Program-made: the position numbers and the translations under genes
IMG/VR virus record: IMGVR_UViG_3300034101_003746
Source of the DNA: an uncultured virus (IMG/VR IMGVR_UViG_3300034101_003746)
Lineage: Duplodnaviria; Heunggongvirae; Uroviricota; Caudoviricetes
Length of the DNA stretch: 64,000 nt
Direction: 5' to 3' (one strand)
Part shown: piece after piece, positions 29,127-38,220 of the stretch
Position numbering within the stretch: position 1 is the stretch's first letter
Layout: the number at the start of each line of letters is the position of its first letter
The notes under the pieces: generated by a model
Told to the model about the DNA's origin: nothing
Seen by the model: only the letters and a program-made list of their open reading frames with translations
The model's database searches: none

Positions 29127-31514
29127 TTAAATAAAATCAAATACTTTATTGGTTGGACTTGTAATGTCAACGCATTTTAGTGCAAACGTTTGGCCGACTA
29201 AAATATTTGCAATATCATTATCATTTATTGTTGCGTTTGAAGTAGTTAATGTTAATGCACCTGCGCTGGTAGTGCGTCGAATTGTTACCGTCATGCCGAC
29301 TGTCCATGCTCCAGCTCCATTTAATGTTATTGCCGTTCCGCCTGCTGCAGAGCAACGTATATATTCATTGTTATCGGCTTCAGTTATAGTGAGTGTTGCC
29401 GCTGAAGTATTAACGACAGTATGCAAATTATCAATACGAGCATCATTTCCAACACAAAAAGTATTTGCTGCAGTTCCAAATGATCCTGTAGATATTGTAC
29501 CATCAGTGGTCGTTATAAGTGGTAAGTTAGCAGCAGATCCAAGTTTACCGTCACTTGTTATGCTGCCATGAGTGTGTGAAGTCAATGCTACAGTTCCAGT
29601 AGCATCGGGAAAGGTAATTATTTTATCTGTGCCTGTTGCGCTACCAGTTAATTTAATGGTATTAGTTCCAGATAAAAAGACATTTGTTGTAGTAGTATCT
29701 CCACTTACCACCAATTTAGATGTAGAAGCGGTGCTGCTGGTGCCTATCCATATACTTCCGTTTGGAGTAATTCGTAATGCTTCAAGAGCTCTATCAGCTG
29801 TTCTACCGCCAGCGGCTGTCGTAGAAAATCTTAATGTAGATGATCCATCAGTAGAAATATCTGCATTTATACTAGAAATAATTTTATCATTTTCATTCGT
29901 AAAGTTAATATAGCCATCTCGTGCAGTTGAAGAGTTTGCAGTATTTTGCTTTATTGCTATTCCACCATTTCCGCTGGTTGATCCAGTAAATACTGGAGTA
30001 ATAATATTAGATTTTAAAGTGTTGTTATACACAATTTTACCAATTGCAGATAAAATTGAATCTGTTGCGGCTACTGTTTGTGCAACTGTGTATGATGTAG
30101 TTAAACTAGTAAGAGCCTTTCCAGTTACGGTTGTCGCTGATATAGCGGTAACGGTTTGTGTTCCTGTAACATCTCCAGATAAACTTCCAGTAAAGTTTGT
30201 AGCACTACCAGCACTTGTTGCAGAACCGCTAAGAGTTCCAGAAAACGTAGGCGCAGTTACTGTTCCAGTAAAAGTTGGACTCTCTAGTACGGCAATTGTA
30301 TTTCTAGTAGTACCAGAATTGTTAGTGATAAAAAATTTCGAACCATCATACTCAACTGCACCCGCTATAGGGTTTGTTGATAGAGCACCAGAAACAAATT
30401 TCAACGGAGCTGCTGCAGATGTACCTGTTGGTAAAGTTACTGTACCAGTAAAAGTTGGGTTATTAATTGGTGCCTTTCCATTGACAGAGTCTGCTGTTCC
30501 CTTTAAATCTAATTGTGCTTGTATAGAACTGGTTACACCATTTAGATAGCTTATCTCGTCTGAATCAACATTTCCGATAGATGTAGTCGTTGGTAATGTT
30601 ATGGTTCCAAAAAAAGATGCGCCATTTGAAGGAGCTTTGGTATCTAATTGATTTTGTATAGAACTTGTTACACCATTTAGACAGCTTATCTCGTTCGAAT
30701 CAACGTTTCCGATAGATGTAGTTGACGGAAGAACAACAGTACCGCTAAAATTTGGACTAGCGAGTGGAGCTTTTAATGACAGCGCAGTAGTAATAGTTGT
30801 TGCATAGTTAGCATCATCGTTAATAGCTGCTGCAAGTTCGTTTAGTGTATCTAATGCAAGAGGAGCACCATCAATAAGATCGCGAATTGCATCAGTCACG
30901 AAAGTTTCGGTTGCTATCGTTCTGCGTACAGGAGTTGGAGAAGAATTGTGAGTAATGTAAAATTTTGTGCCATCATACTCAACTGCTCCTGAAACTGTTT
31001 CTGTTTTTAGCGGGCCCGCAACAAATTTTATAGGAATAGAAGTTAACAAACCAGTTGGAAGTGTTACGGTACCAGTAAAAGTTGGACTAGCGATTGGGGC
31101 CTTTGTATTGATCTGTCCTTGTATAGAACTCGTCACTCCATCGAGATAAGAAATTTCATCAGAAGTAATATCTCCAATTGTAGTTTGTGCAGGCATTTCA
31201 ACAGTGCCTTGAAAACGTGGATTTATTATAGGAGCCTTAGTATCAATAGCTGATTTTAACTTACTAAAAGTAGTTAAGATGGTATCATTTTCATTTATTT
31301 CTCCAGTAATACCTGGAACATAACCAGTAATTTTTTTATTTAAAAAGTATGAAGATGGTATCATATCTATCATACTCTGTGCCATGTGATAGACCGCAAT
31401 CTTTTTATTTGTGCCCCATTCGCTCATCGATTGGTCTTCACGATCGACCATCATGAGCCAATCTAACGGACTTGCCGCATCTTGCGGCGTTAAATCTGTA
31501 ATCTTAATTGCCAT
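29127..31514 (-). CDS. Tail fibre protein
   Basis: MAIKITDL N-terminus; EISYL.GVTSSIQ, KAP..P.FTGTV and LDTLNELA repeats; C-terminal adaptor-like domain. Confidence 0.85.
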   Translation of the reverse strand: MAIKITDLTPQDAASPLDWLMMVDREDQSMSEWGTNKKIAVYHMAQSMIDMIPSSYFLNKKITGYVPGITGEINENDTILTTFSKLKSAIDTKAPIINPRFQGTVEMPAQTTIGDITSDEISYLDGVTSSIQGQINTKAPIASPTFTGTVTLPTGLLTSIPIKFVAGPLKTETVSGAVEYDGTKFYITHNSSPTPVRRTIATETFVTDAIRDLIDGAPLALDTLNELAAAINDDANYATTITTALSLKAPLASPNFSGTVVLPSTTSIGNVDSNEISCLNGVTSSIQNQLDTKAPSNGASFFGTITLPTTTSIGNVDSDEISYLNGVTSSIQAQLDLKGTADSVNGKAPINNPTFTGTVTLPTGTSAAAPLKFVSGALSTNPIAGAVEYDGSKFFITNNSGTTRNTIAVLESPTFTGTVTAPTFSGTLSGSATSAGSATNFTGSLSGDVTGTQTVTAISATTVTGKALTSLTTSYTVAQTVAATDSILSAIGKIVYNNTLKSNIITPVFTGSTSGNGGIAIKQNTANSSTARDGYINFTNENDKIISSINADISTDGSSTLRFSTTAAGGRTADRALEALRITPNGSIWIGTSSTASTSKLVVSGDTTTTNVFLSGTNTIKLTGSATGTDKIITFPDATGTVALTSHTHGSITSDGKLGSAANLPLITTTDGTISTGSFGTAANTFCVGNDARIDNLHTVVNTSAATLTITEADNNEYIRCSAAGGTAITLNGAGAWTVGMTVTIRRTTSAGALTLTTSNATINDNDIANILVGQTFALKCVDITSPTNKVFDFI
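30520..30722. repeat. Intragenic repeat, 135-bp period
   Basis: 30520-30588 matches 30655-30722; third diverged copy near 31120. Confidence 0.75.
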
Positions 31515-31519
31515 AAGCC

Positions 31520-31527
31520 TATTTATA
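31520..31527 (-). promoter_or_regulatory. T4-type late promoter TATAAATA
   Basis: Exact match, 5 nt before ATG 31514. Confidence 0.75.
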
Positions 31528-31549
31528 TAATACTATGGATAGTTTATTA

Positions 31550-31828
31550 CTAAACCTCTTCAAGCGTTTCTAGTTCTACAATAGAATCTTCGTAATTTGG
31601 ATGTAACAATTCATTGTCTGCGATATACTGATCACACTCTTCTTTAGTATCAGCAACAACAATAGTTAGGGGGCTTGAAGTATAGCCAGAGCATTGTTGT
31701 GGTTCTATAATTATTTGTTTAGATGTAGCATCATATATCATCCACCAATCTTGTTCTGTAGTACACACTTCATCTGAGGAAGGAATTACTTCTTCTACAT
31801 CTAATTGTTTTGAATATATTTTAATCAT
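31550..31828 (-). CDS. Small acidic protein, possibly chaperone of the LRR adhesin
   Basis: ORF after the LRR gene; start placed at ATG 31828 (MIKIY). Confidence 0.55.
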   Translation of the reverse strand: MIKIYSKQLDVEEVIPSSDEVCTTEQDWWMIYDATSKQIIIEPQQCSGYTSSPLTIVVADTKEECDQYIADNELLHPNYEDSIVELETLEEV

Positions 31829-31832
31829 AATA

Positions 31833-32777
31833 TTAATTTGTTGTGACTGTCCATCCACGTGATATTAATGTCGTTTTATCAGTGAGCCCTTGACCAGTTG
31901 GCGCGGCGTTGCCAGTTCCGCCAAGATTCAATATACATGGGCCGCTTACGCTTGTTCTTCCAGCCGCTACAAAAGCTGCAAGAATAGCATTCACCGCGCT
32001 TGCCATTAATTGATTATTTTGTGCTTGAAAATCGCCTAGTGTATTAGAAACAGAACCACCAGCAAAGCCTGTTAGTTTGGATGTTCCTATTTGATTTTGG
32101 CATAAAAATGTAACCAATCTAGTATTTGCGCTAAGACTTGGTATAGTGCCTGTTAACCTATTATTATGAAACCAGCATTCAGTAAGATTTACATTATTTG
32201 TTAAATTTGGTATAGAGCCTGTTAAATTACATGAAGCAACCAAAAACCTGTCTAATAGTGTCAGTGTATTAATATTGGGAATAGATCCTCCTAAACTAGG
32301 GTTTGTATGACAAGAAAAAGTTACCATACCGTTTTGATTGCTTAAAGCAGGCGGAATTACTCCTGTTAAATTATTATCCTGAATCACCAATGTAGTCCAA
32401 CGGTTATTAATAAAATCTGGAATAGAGCCAGTCAGTTGATTTTGAGCAGCTTGAAAATTAGCTATAGCATTATTCCATGGTGGAATAGTACCTGTATATA
32501 AATTGTTAGTATAACTAGCAACTCGCAAATTTGGAGTTCCTGCAAAAGATGGTAAATTTCCTGTAATTTTATTATTAGCAATACTTATAAAAATTAATTT
32601 TGCATTATTTTGATATCCACTAATTGCAGTTATGTCATTACCATTACACCTAAACTGCTCCAAATTAGGAAAAGCAGATACATCTATTGTGCCGCCTAAT
32701 TTAGGTGACGAAGTTCCACAATTAATAGCAGTGATTGATGCTGGGCCATTTTCAGCGCTTAGTTTAATAGTAGTCAT
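31833..32777 (-). CDS. Leucine-rich-repeat protein (LxxNxLTGxIP type), probable receptor-binding module
   Basis: About 8 repeats such as NNKITGNLP, QNQLTGSIP, DNNLTGVIP, NNRLTGTIP; GWTVTTN terminus. Confidence 0.85.
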   Translation of the reverse strand: MTTIKLSAENGPASITAINCGTSSPKLGGTIDVSAFPNLEQFRCNGNDITAISGYQNNAKLIFISIANNKITGNLPSFAGTPNLRVASYTNNLYTGTIPPWNNAIANFQAAQNQLTGSIPDFINNRWTTLVIQDNNLTGVIPPALSNQNGMVTFSCHTNPSLGGSIPNINTLTLLDRFLVASCNLTGSIPNLTNNVNLTECWFHNNRLTGTIPSLSANTRLVTFLCQNQIGTSKLTGFAGGSVSNTLGDFQAQNNQLMASAVNAILAAFVAAGRTSVSGPCILNLGGTGNAAPTGQGLTDKTTLISRGWTVTTN

Positions 32778-32782
32778 AACAT

Positions 32783-32790
32783 TATTTATA
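32783..32790 (-). promoter_or_regulatory. T4-type late promoter TATAAATA
   Basis: Exact match over the upstream stop, 5 nt before ATG 32777. Confidence 0.7.
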
Positions 32791-34153
32791 CAGTATATGT
32801 ATGATTTATAGCTGTTCCAGATGCTACATTATTTTGCGTGTTATCTCCCCATTTTATGTTGATGTTAGAAGGAGTAGAAGTAGTAACTGAAAAACCAGTT
32901 AGTGCAGAAGTTTGAGAATAGTCGAATTTCCAAAACTTGAAGGGCACTGGAAGACTATAGATTCTAACAATGCCAGATTTAATAGAATCTTTAGTATAGT
33001 TTGGAGAACCAATTGCTATTTTTTTAAAATTTTTACTCAATGATACCGACCAACCAGAATTTTCATACGCTTCTTTTCCAACTATTTTTGGATATATTTT
33101 ATACCAATTGTTGTTTCTGTATTTGTAGATTTGAACTGCACCTATATCAATTTTACTACCAGAATCCTTAAAGGGAGCTCCTATTGCTATAGAGTCTCCA
33201 TTATCATTTAACGACACGCTATAACCAGACAAATCTCCGACTGAAGTAAAAATATCAGATCCTAGTTGTTGCCATGCTCCAGATTCATACTTGAATATTT
33301 TAGTTACTCCTCCGTTATTTGCATAGGTATCATCTAGTATATTCCCGATTGCAACTATATCTCCTAAGCTATTTAATGATACGCTAAAACCAGATTGACT
33401 GTTTACAGAGCCGTCTAAATCCAACCCAACTTGAGTCCATGTCGTACCAGTGCCAGAATAATCATATATTTTTGTATGACCAGATTCAATTCCTGTAGGA
33501 GTATTACTGAAAGGAGCTCCGATTGCAATTCTAGTACCGCTGCTATTAAGTGCAATACTCCACCCAGAATTATCTCCAATAAACTCTCCGTATATTGTGC
33601 CTATTTTTTGCCATGTTCCAAGAGTTTCTTTACAAATAACTACTGAACCCTTATCCTCTCCATTTGCATCATCTTTAGGAGAGCCAAATGCAATTATATT
33701 GCCAATTGAATTAGTTGTAACGCTAAATCCTGACCAATATCCTATTCCTTCTCCAGTTATTGTAGCAAGTAATGACCATGTCGATGTAGAAATCGAATAG
33801 CTATAAACATCTATATTTCCATTAACTGTATCTAGTGGTTTACTTCCTATTACGACCCTATCTCCTCTATGATTTATCGATACGCTATATCCAAATTGTT
33901 GTGATGCGCTAGAACCATTAAATGTAGTAAAATGTTCCCATAATTTATTAGCGGTATTGTATTTGTATACAACAACTCTTCCTACATTGTTTGGACCAAA
34001 AAACGGTTCTCCTACAACACAAATATCACCGATAGAATTTAATGAAACGCTATATCCAGTTCCGTCAGAATCATTTATTCCTACTATTGGTGGAGAGTCT
34101 AGAGTTATACCAGTAGATGATAAAACTGCTCGTTTAAAATCAAGTATATTCAT
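32786..34153 (-). CDS. FG-GAP-like beta-propeller virion protein
   Basis: Seven G.SVSLN..GD.(I/V)AIG.P repeats; C-terminal WGD..NHTY segment. Confidence 0.8.
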   Translation of the reverse strand: MNILDFKRAVLSSTGITLDSPPIVGINDSDGTGYSVSLNSIGDICVVGEPFFGPNNVGRVVVYKYNTANKLWEHFTTFNGSSASQQFGYSVSINHRGDRVVIGSKPLDTVNGNIDVYSYSISTSTWSLLATITGEGIGYWSGFSVTTNSIGNIIAFGSPKDDANGEDKGSVVICKETLGTWQKIGTIYGEFIGDNSGWSIALNSSGTRIAIGAPFSNTPTGIESGHTKIYDYSGTGTTWTQVGLDLDGSVNSQSGFSVSLNSLGDIVAIGNILDDTYANNGGVTKIFKYESGAWQQLGSDIFTSVGDLSGYSVSLNDNGDSIAIGAPFKDSGSKIDIGAVQIYKYRNNNWYKIYPKIVGKEAYENSGWSVSLSKNFKKIAIGSPNYTKDSIKSGIVRIYSLPVPFKFWKFDYSQTSALTGFSVTTSTPSNINIKWGDNTQNNVASGTAINHTYTV

Positions 34154-34154
34154 A

Positions 34155-34511
34155 CTAATACAGTGTGCCTATAGCAACAAATTTATTATTACTATTAGAT
34201 TTGTAAATATACAAACCGCTGTATGCTACAGTATTTTCTACGCTTGTTTCATCATTTACTGTGTTTCCAGCAGAACAGTTAATCGTTAGCGTATCGCCAG
34301 TAGTGTTTACTATGCCAATAACCCATCCATCTATAGTTGAAGTATAACTAGGCAAAGTTAGTAGATTATCGCCAGTCGTATGAAATATTTTACCGTTGTC
34401 CGAATCAACAAACACTCTATTTGATCCAGTAATGCTAGTAGAATCAATAAATCCTGTAGTCGTTAGTACTCCATTTACGTGCGTATCACTGTTGTTTGTT
34501 ATTAATCCCAT
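34155..34511 (-). CDS. Stand-alone fibre C-terminal adaptor domain
   Basis: Matches the last ~95 aa of 3489..6956 (DxGKIFH...LP.Y...DGW.IGI.NT...YIYKS...F.A.G.LY); AATAAATA variant 5 nt upstream. Confidence 0.7.
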   Translation of the reverse strand: MGLITNNSDTHVNGVLTTTGFIDSTSITGSNRVFVDSDNGKIFHTTGDNLLTLPSYTSTIDGWVIGIVNTTGDTLTINCSAGNTVNDETSVENTVAYSGLYIYKSNSNNKFVAIGTLY

Positions 34512-34522
34512 ATAATTATTTA

Positions 34523-35845
34523 TTAAAAGTTTGTATCTACTATAAATGTACCACCTAGTATAGTGACATTTGAATTAACTGGTTTTGTTGCATGCGCGAA
34601 TGAAACTATTATATTTCTTGGATTTGCAGAAAAAATTGAATGTGTAGCGGTAGCAGATGTTTTCAATTCAACGTCTCCATACAATCTAAGTTCTTTGCCT
34701 GCTATAGCTGCGGTAGAATTAAATGTAATACATGCAACGTCGTTATTGCTAAACCACCTTCCACCATTAAATTTATGAACTGATGAAGTCGCATCTTCAT
34801 CTGGAAATGCAAAAACGACTAGTTTTGCGCTAGATTTATTTGTGTTTAAATCAGAAATATAACAATTTTCTATATTCCATATCGTATTTCCATTGCCGAT
34901 ATAAATTCCTTCAGTTCCATATATTTCTACGGTTTCACAATTCGCTATAAAACTAGCTAAACAATTTTCTGCACTAAAGGTTAGTAATCTATTACATTTT
35001 GTAGTTAAAACATTATAATAACACGCTCCAGAAATACTACTATTACTAACAACAGTAGAACCAACGGCATCAATATATTTTACATTGATGCTAACAGTTC
35101 CACCTGTTAATGAAAAAATACTACCTCCTATAATAACAGAAGTCCGAGTGATGCTTAAGCATTCGAAATATATTTTTGTACCACCTAATACTCCGGTAGA
35201 AAGGGATAATACGCCTCCAGTTCCATCAATTTCAAATTTTGCATAACCGCTTATTGATTTTTCTTCATTCGCAGTTAATGCAAACGCAACCACGTTGTTT
35301 GAAACTGTTACTTTAGTACCTGGTTCAAAATAAATATTACCGGTATTATTTAAACTAATTTGAGTAGATATTGTATAAGCTCCAGCCCGAACATAAACAA
35401 GATCACCAACTATAGATTCTAACACCGCTGCACCAATAGTTTTAAATGGTTTTGATATATCATAATCGTTAAACCCAGTCCGTATGTCTGTACCTACACC
35501 ATCATCAACATAAATCGTTTTTCCAGTAGTTAATTCTTGTGTAGTGCCATCAGCCTTTAAAAATTGTGCAGTTGTACCACTAGTACGTACGAATGAAGAC
35601 GCTTCGACGCCAACGTTTGAAGTCCAACGATTAGTCGAAGACACCCAATTAAATGTTTTATCACTAGCTGCCTTTAGCGTAAGGCCTCCTCCATCACCTG
35701 TAGAGTTGCTAGGAGTGTCGACATTACCAATAATAATATTTTTATCTTCTATAGTTAGATTATTTGTATTAATTGTAGTAGTGGTGCCAGAGACGGTCAA
35801 ATCTCCAGTAATTACCAAATCGTTGTATAGTGTTTGTTGACTCAT
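34523..35845 (-). CDS. Fibre/tailspike with beta-helix (pectin-lyase-like) domain
   Basis: GDLTVSGTTTTIN..IEDKNI fibre motif; GKTIYVD..G.D..PFKTI.AAV..GDLVYVRAG. Confidence 0.75.
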   Translation of the reverse strand: MSQQTLYNDLVITGDLTVSGTTTTINTNNLTIEDKNIIIGNVDTPSNSTGDGGGLTLKAASDKTFNWVSSTNRWTSNVGVEASSFVRTSGTTAQFLKADGTTQELTTGKTIYVDDGVGTDIRTGFNDYDISKPFKTIGAAVLESIVGDLVYVRAGAYTISTQISLNNTGNIYFEPGTKVTVSNNVVAFALTANEEKSISGYAKFEIDGTGGVLSLSTGVLGGTKIYFECLSITRTSVIIGGSIFSLTGGTVSINVKYIDAVGSTVVSNSSISGACYYNVLTTKCNRLLTFSAENCLASFIANCETVEIYGTEGIYIGNGNTIWNIENCYISDLNTNKSSAKLVVFAFPDEDATSSVHKFNGGRWFSNNDVACITFNSTAAIAGKELRLYGDVELKTSATATHSIFSANPRNIIVSFAHATKPVNSNVTILGGTFIVDTNF

Positions 35846-35862
35846 AATTTTTAAATAATTGT

Positions 35863-38217
35863 TTAGGCTGAAGCATCAACAGTAAATGCACCCACCTTAA
35901 AGGTAATGTTTGAATTTGCAGGAGCTGTTGCAAATGAGCCATAGGTGTATACCTCTATCGGCAGTGACGAACTTAGACTATTAGTTGCAGCGGCACGTAG
36001 AATATTTGTTTGCTGTAAGTTGATTCGTTTAGTAGTTGTCGAATCAGCTGTAGAGGCGAATGTCATCTGTGCTTGTCCAATAGCAGACGACCAAGTAACT
36101 CCTTGGAAAGCATGACTTTCAACTGTGGCGTTTTCTGTCCAACTAAATGCAGCACCTACACCCACATGATTATAATTAACTATTCTAAAGTTAGTAGTAA
36201 TTAAACTTAGATTCATGCCAGCAGTTGCGTTGTATGTTTCCAATATCCAAACGTCAGCATTGATTTGAGCACCAGCGGTGTCACCAGCATTAGCGGCACC
36301 AGCACCATTAACAAACACACCACAATATACAAGCGGAATTCGTGTTATAACTTTCCCAGATCCAGTGATATTAAACACCGTAGCACTAGAAGCTGTAAAT
36401 GGTGAAGTTGCATTCATCCGAATTACCTTAGCATCGACAGACAACGCGCCGGCCGCACAACTAAAAAGTGTGCCGCTTACATTACTTGGACCACTTACAG
36501 AGTTGCATTCAAAAGCAACTGCTGTTGTGGCATTACCGCTAGGCATTGTGAGCACCCCAGCTGAACCAGTTAATACAAAATCAGCATGTCCTTTAATATA
36601 AATCGCAGTGTTATTTTGACTGTATGAAAATGCTACTACGCCAGTTGCAACACTAACTGTTGCCCCAGTTTCAAAATATAGGTGACCTTTAAGGTTTAAG
36701 TTAATTTGAGCGGATATTGCATAAGACCCAGCTCGAACATAAATTAGATCACCTTGGGTTGAAGCAGTCACCGCCGCAGAGATGGTTGCAAATGGACGAT
36801 GTTCATTATATGCAGTAGTATTAATTCTAGAGTCAGACCCGATTAAAGAATCGACGAAAATTGTTTTTCCAGTAGTATTGTTATTCCAGCGCGATGATAA
36901 TATTCTCGATGAATTTGTAAATACACTTATAGAGTTGTGCGAATTGCTACAAATTATATCACCGACTGCATTCACCGCGACATCACTTCCCAAATAATCA
37001 TTATTTGCTATGCCATCAATATCGCGAAGACGAATCCATCTACTTCCATCCCATTGATAAATTCTTATGTGACCGCTATTAGAAAACCCACTATCATTTA
37101 ATCGCGATCCAATTATAACACGATCGCCAACTGCATTCAACGCAACTGAAATTCCACTTTCATCATTATTAATCTCTCCATTTAAATCCAATCCTTGTTG
37201 TATCCATGATCCAGTAGATGTGACTCCACCTGTCCATTGATAAACTACAACACGACCACGATTAGTTCCAGATTCTGCGTCGTTATACGGGGATCCAATC
37301 GCAACCCTATCACCAGCAGCGTTTAATGACACACTCCATCCGCTTTGATCTCCAGCCGCTTCACCATCAAGATCTAATGAACCCATTCTTGTCCATACGT
37401 CCCCATCCCACTGATATATTCTAACTTGACCACGATTGTCACTGGCACTACCAGTGCCATCATTTAATATGGCGCCAATTGCAACCCTATCACCGACAGC
37501 GTTTAATGACACGCTCCATCCGCTTTGATCTCCAGCCGCTTCACCATCAAGATCTAATGAACCCATTCTTGTCCACGCAGTGCCGTCAAATTCATATACT
37601 CTAGTGTGACCACGATTGTCACTGGCACTACCAGTGCCATCATTTAATATGGCGCCAATTGCAACCCTATCACCGACAGCGTTTAATGACACGCTCCATC
37701 CGCTTTGATCTCCAGCCGCTTCACCATCAATGTCTAGCGCACCAATTTTAGCCCATACTGTATTGTTCCATTCATATATGCGAACATTTCCACGATTGTC
37801 ACTAGCATTGCCAGTAGTACCATCGTTTTCAGGTGATCCAATTGCGATTCTATTTCCAGCAGAGTTTAATGATACGCTCCATCCGCTTTGATCTCCGCTA
37901 AATTCATTTGCTATATCGAGACCTTGTTGTGACCAAGCGGTTCCGTTCCATTGATAAATTCTAGTAACACTAGTAGTAGAATTTAGTTTAACGCCTGCAG
38001 CAATACGATCTCCATCAGAATTTATTGATATTGCAGTAATCTCACCAGTAGTAATATTAAAATCTGATCCTAGTTGTATATATTCTGAACCAAATAGAGT
38101 AAGGTATGCATTATTCCACTGCATACTATTTCCGTTTAGTTCGGAAATAATACCACGAACGTTTAGATTATTATACTGGGTGTTTGGACCCATATTGATT
38201 GGAAGTGTTGCTGGCAT
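35863..38217 (-). CDS. Tailspike: FG-GAP-like propeller plus beta-helix
   Basis: DGEAAGDQSGWSVSLNAVGDRVAIGA repeats followed by GKTIFVD..PFATI.AAV..GDLIYVRAG. Confidence 0.8.
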   Translation of the reverse strand: MPATLPINMGPNTQYNNLNVRGIISELNGNSMQWNNAYLTLFGSEYIQLGSDFNITTGEITAISINSDGDRIAAGVKLNSTTSVTRIYQWNGTAWSQQGLDIANEFSGDQSGWSVSLNSAGNRIAIGSPENDGTTGNASDNRGNVRIYEWNNTVWAKIGALDIDGEAAGDQSGWSVSLNAVGDRVAIGAILNDGTGSASDNRGHTRVYEFDGTAWTRMGSLDLDGEAAGDQSGWSVSLNAVGDRVAIGAILNDGTGSASDNRGQVRIYQWDGDVWTRMGSLDLDGEAAGDQSGWSVSLNAAGDRVAIGSPYNDAESGTNRGRVVVYQWTGGVTSTGSWIQQGLDLNGEINNDESGISVALNAVGDRVIIGSRLNDSGFSNSGHIRIYQWDGSRWIRLRDIDGIANNDYLGSDVAVNAVGDIICSNSHNSISVFTNSSRILSSRWNNNTTGKTIFVDSLIGSDSRINTTAYNEHRPFATISAAVTASTQGDLIYVRAGSYAISAQINLNLKGHLYFETGATVSVATGVVAFSYSQNNTAIYIKGHADFVLTGSAGVLTMPSGNATTAVAFECNSVSGPSNVSGTLFSCAAGALSVDAKVIRMNATSPFTASSATVFNITGSGKVITRIPLVYCGVFVNGAGAANAGDTAGAQINADVWILETYNATAGMNLSLITTNFRIVNYNHVGVGAAFSWTENATVESHAFQGVTWSSAIGQAQMTFASTADSTTTKRINLQQTNILRAAATNSLSSSLPIEVYTYGSFATAPANSNITFKVGAFTVDASA
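37301..37730. repeat. Near-identical 180-bp tandem blade repeats
   Basis: 37428-37550 is identical to 37608-37730; 37301-37395 closely matches 37481-37575. Confidence 0.9.
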
Positions 38218-38220
38218 ATA

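Noticed and set aside
37301..37730. Repeats as a CRISPR array or DGR template/variable pair
   Set aside because: They are in-frame coding blades with no repeat-spacer structure; no cas or reverse transcriptase gene is in the window
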